Assembly (NCBI GenBank): GCA_951406725.2
Contig: OX597834.1
Coordinates: 27,776,001-27,840,000 of the forward strand
Direction: 5' to 3'
Length of the DNA: 64,000 bases
Source of the DNA: Octopus vulgaris
Lineage: Eukaryota
Part shown: positions 57,978 to 64,000 of the stretch, one piece after another
How the letters are laid out: each line of letters begins with the position of its first letter
Position numbering within the stretch: the stretch's first letter is position 1
Made by a program: the position numbers and the translations under genes
Notes under the pieces: model-generated
The model's database searches: none
What the model was told of the DNA's origin: nothing
Seen by the model: the letters and a program-made list of their open reading frames with translations, nothing else

Positions 57978-58033
57978 TGTTTATGTGTGTGTGTGTGTGT
58001 GTGTGTGCGTGTGTGTGTGTGTATCTGTGTGTG

Positions 58034-59400
58034 TTAGGTTGTCTCACGTGAAATGTCGCATCTTTAATCACTTGTTATTTTCGTCATTTAAAAACTCAAT
58101 TATGTATACCTTTGCATTTAATCTTGACTCTTTTTCTTTCCCAACAATATTGGTATACAAAATTCGTACCCACAGACCTTATGAAAATGATAACAACCAA
58201 ACTATGTTGAGTGATTTTCTCGTATGAGTACAAACTGGGTCACTCTGCCGTAGATCTGCGGAACATCAAGTAATGGTTTTGTTAATATCAGAACTGTTCA
58301 GAGGTGGTTCTAAACAAGGACAAGTTCTAAAGCTCTCGTTTAAGGGATGATAGCCTTAAAAATAATCCAAGGGGTAGGCAAAATTCAATTTTTCAGCATG
58401 ATGGAACAAAATCTGAGAACAAAGGTCCGAAAACTTTCATCAGAACTCTAAACATCTCGCACAACTGTTTTTGACACCTGTAAAAAACTGGAAAAGTCAA
58501 GAAAACGGATAGGTTTTTCCACATCTACTGAACGGGGTTTAAAAAATCAGACGCCTCGAAATCGTGTCTTGTTACTTATGATGAGAAATGGATACTCTTT
58601 GACAACATCAGGAGAACAGGACAGCGATTAGATGCAGGAGAGTCACCTAAACACTACCCAAATCCACCATTGCACCCTAAATAGTTAGTGGTCACTCTAT
58701 GGTGGTCTGCGAAGGGAGTTATTCATTATCCATTTTTACAACAAGGACAAACGGTAACAGCAACAATAAGGCGGAGAGCTGGCAGAAACGTTAGCACGTC
58801 GGGCGAAATGCTTAGCGGTATTCCGTCTGCCGTTACGTTGTGAGTTCAAATTCCGCCGAGGTCGACTTTACCTTTCATCATTTCGGGGTCGATAAATTAA
58901 GTACCAGTTACGCACTGGGGTCGATGTAATCGACTTAATACCTATGTCTGTCCTTGTTTGTCCCTTCTATGTTTAGCCCCTTGTGGGTAATAAAGAAATA
59001 GGTAACAGCAACATCGTATTGCCAGGAAATTGATTGTATGCTTGAAAAAGAAGCAACTCAGACTAGTGAATAGAGATGGCCCAATTTTGCTCCACAACAA
59101 TGCACGTCCTCACACTCCTCAAGCTGCAGTCCAAAAGTTGCAAAACCTGAATTATGAGATTTTGCATCATCCTCTCTATTCCCTTGTTATCTCTCCTAAT
59201 GATCATCACTTATTTACGCATTTTGGGCTTTTCATAAGCAATAAAACATTCTTAAATACAGAAAAGTAACTGAAGCATTCGGGCAGTTTATCATAGCAAA
59301 AGATGATTGTGTTTTTTTTTAAGATGGAATATATGACGTAGAAAACATTGGCTAAACGTCATAAATGAACATGGCTCATACTTTGATTAAATAAATCAGT
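58034..59400 (+). mobile_element. Decayed mariner transposon (DD34D type) with a SINE B insertion
   Basis: ttaggttgtc TIR start; DEKWILFDN, LHPK*LVVTLWWSAKGVIHY, ILLHNNARPH, HPLYSLVISPNDHHLF; ends ggctcatactttgattaa. Confidence 0.92.
58770..59000 (+). mobile_element. SINE family B, full copy
   Basis: TSD ggtaacagcaaca at 58753-58765 and 59001-59013. Confidence 0.95.
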
Positions 59401-59431
59401 TCTCTAACACTTCTGAAACATTATATATGTA

Positions 59432-59967
<536 letters not shown>

Positions 59968-59976
59968 ATATATATA

Positions 59977-60171
59977 ACGGGAAAGTTTACGAAAATAAAC
60001 AAAAGACGAAGGCAGGTGGAGTACAAACAAACAAATGTATTAGTATAGCGCTCAGGAATAGAAATAGAAAAAGTCTTTTACGTTTCGAGCCTACGCTCTT
60101 CAACAGAAAGATACACAGAAAAAAACAAGGAGAGAAAAAAATGCGTGTAGGAGCTAACGATCTATCATGGC

Positions 60172-60172
<1 letters not shown>
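59977..60172 (-). mobile_element. (TA)n-embedded element with a minimal hammerhead motif
   Basis: Minus strand 60111-60074 reads TCTTT-CTGTTGA-A-GAGC-gtag-GCTC-GAAACGTA-AAAGA. Confidence 0.7.
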
Positions 60173-60244
<72 letters not shown>

Positions 60245-60500
60245 ACGTACACTTACAGTCATAATGATTATGTCGAATGTGACATTAAAGACCCGCCAAC
60301 GATTTCCAAAGAAGGCCACAAATGTTGCAAGCAAAAGATTAAAGGCAAGTGTAGGTGGAATATTTAAGGCCGCTTTACTCCTTTGTCTTGCACATCGAAT
60401 CCTGTTAACACTGGTTGCAACAAAGTTTTTAACACCATTTTGATACAACGATCTCCATTTTGTTCGTACAAAGGCTGTTCGCCTATATATATATATAGTC

Positions 60501-60912
60501 ATTAAATATAACTGAGTGTGTTAGAAACACCTACATTGCTAGGAATAAGAGCTAAACACCCTAATGCTGCACTCAACGCGCATAATTGTATACATACATG
60601 CTGACAAATGAATTATTTGTACACACGTTAGTGATTCGCTAATTCATCCACAGATTTCTATGGCGTAGACATACATGCTGTGAGTGATCGTCGTCTAGAA
60701 TCAGCCGAGTCGGGCCTATCCCACTGAAGAAGCTACGGTGAAAGCCAAAACTGACCGATCAGTCTAGGAATATCTCGACCGCTTTTTTTCGGGCGATTAC
60801 GATCCCTGTCAGAATGTATGTATACAATTATGTGCTTTGATTGAAGCATTAGAGCGTTTAGCTCTTATTTCTAGCAATGTAGGTGTTTATGACATCATCA
60901 GTCATATTTAAT
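60501..60912. mobile_element. MITE/foldback element with ~105-bp imperfect terminal inverted repeats
   Basis: 60501-60606 versus 60807-60912, including a perfect 19-bp cataattgtatacatacat; a lone arm homologue at 8585-8650. Confidence 0.8.
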
Positions 60913-60998
60913 AATGGTTTTAGTTCTTTTTGTTGGTATACCTTTGTTTACTGTTGCCTAAATAAATTTTATAGATATATATATATATATATATATAT

Positions 60999-61169
60999 AG
61001 GCGTAGGAGTGGCTGTGTGGTAAGTAGCTTGCTTACGAACCACATGGTCCCGGTTCAGTCCCACTACGTGACACCTTGGGCAAGTGTCTTCTACTATAGC
61101 CCCAGGCCAACCAAAGCCTTGTGGGTGGATTTGGTAGACGAAAACTGAAAGAAGCCCGTGGCATATATG

Positions 61170-61208
<39 letters not shown>

Positions 61209-61425
61209 ATGTTTGTGTGTCTGTGTTTGTTCCCCCAACATCGCTTGACAACCGATGCTTGTGTGTTTACGTCCACGTAACTTAGCGGTTCGGCGAAGAA
61301 CACTGATAGAATAAGTACTAGGCTTGCAAAGAATAAGTCCTGGGGTCGATTTGGTCGACTAGAAGGTGCTCCAGCATGGCCACAGTCAAATGACTGAAAC
61401 AAGTAAAAGAGTAAAAGAAAAAAGA

Positions 61426-61427
<2 letters not shown>
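60999..61427 (+). mobile_element. SINE family A, full length, flanked by (TA)n
   Basis: Colinear with the other copies. Confidence 0.92.
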
Positions 61428-61482
<55 letters not shown>

Positions 61483-62000
61483 CATATATATATATAAGTA
61501 TATGTATGTATATATACATATATACATACATGTACACACAGAGACAGACTAAAAATTTGATAGCAAGTTATGTATATATGTGTACACGCACGCTCCCGTA
61601 CATGTATGCATATATACCTGAGTATAGCGTTTTCTGTGTGCGCTGCATTACATCAATACTGTTCTGCTTTATTTCCTATCTGCGGATGAAGCGGGGAAAT
61701 ATGTGCAAGGCAGACGACAGCTGCAGTCGTTCTATTCAAATGTCAAACCAGAGATGTTGCATGTAAAAACAGAAACAAACTAACGCTATTTCGTATTTCA
61801 TCTGCATTGACTCTCTTGGCTGTAGCTCTATTAATCGCGATTCAGAATTTCATTTGGCACAAAGATGTGCAAACTCTACATATTTCACACGCGCTCGCAC
61901 AAACACACACACTCATACACACACACACACACTCTCACAGACGCGTACGAGCGCATGCACACGAGATACACACCACACGCATGAACAAAACACACATACC

Positions 62001-62031
<31 letters not shown>

Positions 62032-62083
62032 GCTTCTTTATATGGTCATTTATAATAAATGTATCTATAGGCATGTGTGTCTG

Positions 62084-62183
<100 letters not shown>

Positions 62184-62240
62184 TATATATATACACACAC
62201 ACACACACACAGAAAAATATAGATAGATAGATAAATAAAT

Positions 62241-62329
<89 letters not shown>

Positions 62330-62923
62330 GAAGCATAATGACATACACACACTCATACACACTCACATGTGTGTATATATATATACATATATATATATAC
62401 ATGCATATATATATATATACATGCATATATATATATATATATACATGCATACATATTACACATTCATGCATATATACTTACATGTGTATGTATATGTATG
62501 TATGTGTATGGATGCAGCAGGGTTGCTCACGCAAGTACGTGCCGCACACACGCGTGTGCATGTTGGCCCGTTTTCATGCGCTTCTGGTCCACGCATTTTC
62601 CCACTTTGGTGCACTTCTTGCAAATGTGTGCACATATTCGCCCGCATTCAACTGCACACGTTTATGATTGTTCGCTTCTGTTTTTGTCTGTATATATATA
62701 TACAGATAAAGGGTGAAATATAATTAATTTAATAAAATCAATAAATTTCACCAAGTAGTATTTCGGTATGGAAAGGACCATATTCGGTAAAAATTTATAT
62801 AATTATAATAAAGGGTTTTTTGCAGCGAGTTGCTTAAACCACATACAGAAAATATTAGAAATAGCAGTCAAAGTGCTACTATTACTATTACTACAAAAAT
62901 AAGTCTCCACAAACAACAGTATT

Positions 62924-62966
<43 letters not shown>

Positions 62967-64000
62967 TCATACACAAACATACACACTCATACATGCACAC
63001 ACACGCACACACGCTCGCGCACACACACGTATATTCACGCGCGGACACGCGCGCACAAACTCATGTAGTCACTGATTCCATATTCAGGCACACTAACGCC
63101 ACCAGTTTCCTGTCCAGCCACGTGATCAAAGACACTCTCTTTTCTAAGGGAACAATTGTTCCTTGACCAATTGCAGCCCATCTCTCGGTAGCCATCTTGG
63201 ACTTCCTCTACCTCTCTCTTCATTCGGGTATTCTACAACCCTGAGAAGATAAGCTCCTTTAGGGGCCTGCGAAACTTGAACTAGCACGGAATCCGAATCA
63301 AACTGTTTTGAATAATATATGTGTGTGTGTGTGTAAATAGATATGTGTATAAATGTATGTGTTTTATATATATATGGGTAAATATGCGTGTAAATGTATA
63401 TATATGTGCGTGTGTGTATGTGTGTGTAAATATATGTATGTATGTGTGTATGTATGTATGTACGTATTTATATATGTATATGCATGTACGTATGTATGTA
63501 TGTATGCACGTATTGTATGTATGTATGTATGTATGGTATGCATATAATATTCTTAACGAAAATTGAATTCGGGTTGCGCTACGAACTCGCAATTTCATTT
63601 ACAATAAAAAAAAAACATATTCTCTACGGCAGGTTTTGAGCACTCCTTCCAAAATGCACAATAAATAATATCAGATGTTAAAAACAATTACAAGTTCCAC
63701 GCATAAATATTACAAAATATAGGTAAAAGTATCTGATAAGCAATTGATTTATTTTGGGTTTTGTCTATAATGCGCTTATGCTTAGATAAAAGCATCGTAT
63801 ACTACGCTAATATATCCATTATCTGTACATCAGTAAATTTTATTAGACTTACAATGATTACCTTCGAAATCACTCTGTCATAGCAGGTCATTCAGTGTTC
63901 TCCTGTTCTGCAGAGAGTTGTAGAATAACACAGCACTATCTAAATTTTTGGGGGACTCTAGATATAAACCTGTAGTATTGCGAACTTCATATTATTCCTC

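Noticed and set aside
59987-60502. 161-171 aa overlapping ORFs
   Set aside because: They span two unrelated repeats bridged by (TA)n; no recognisable motif
63235-63285. ctgagaaga...stem...gaaac hammerhead-like stretch
   Set aside because: Core lacks the C3-G8 pair and a UH site; at best a decayed relic

Overview
Eukaryotic, AT-rich DNA saturated with microsatellites. I found no convincing host protein-coding exon; nearly all ORFs in the track are translations of simple repeats. The repeat repertoire fits an octopod (coleoid cephalopod) intron or intergenic region, which is an inference. It includes several tRNA-headed SINE families, CR1-type and Tx1/L1-type LINE relics, three decayed mariner transposons, piggyBac-like and hAT-like MITEs and a Helitron relic. 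Main signals beyond routine repeats: (1) a series of short unique islands (about 5.9, 9.4, 16.8, 17.6, 33.5-33.9 and 54.7 kb) packed with abutting helices whose G-U pairs favour a + strand RNA, two of which share a primary-sequence motif; (2) short elements of about 150-200 bp embedded in (TA)n tracts that carry Penelope-type minimal hammerhead ribozyme motifs with covarying stems; (3) near-perfect foldbacks; (4) mix-and-match SINE modules; (5) a perfect consensus NurRE. All pairings and alignments were read by eye, so boundaries are approximate. SINE family letters (A-D, tails T1-T3) are my own labels.
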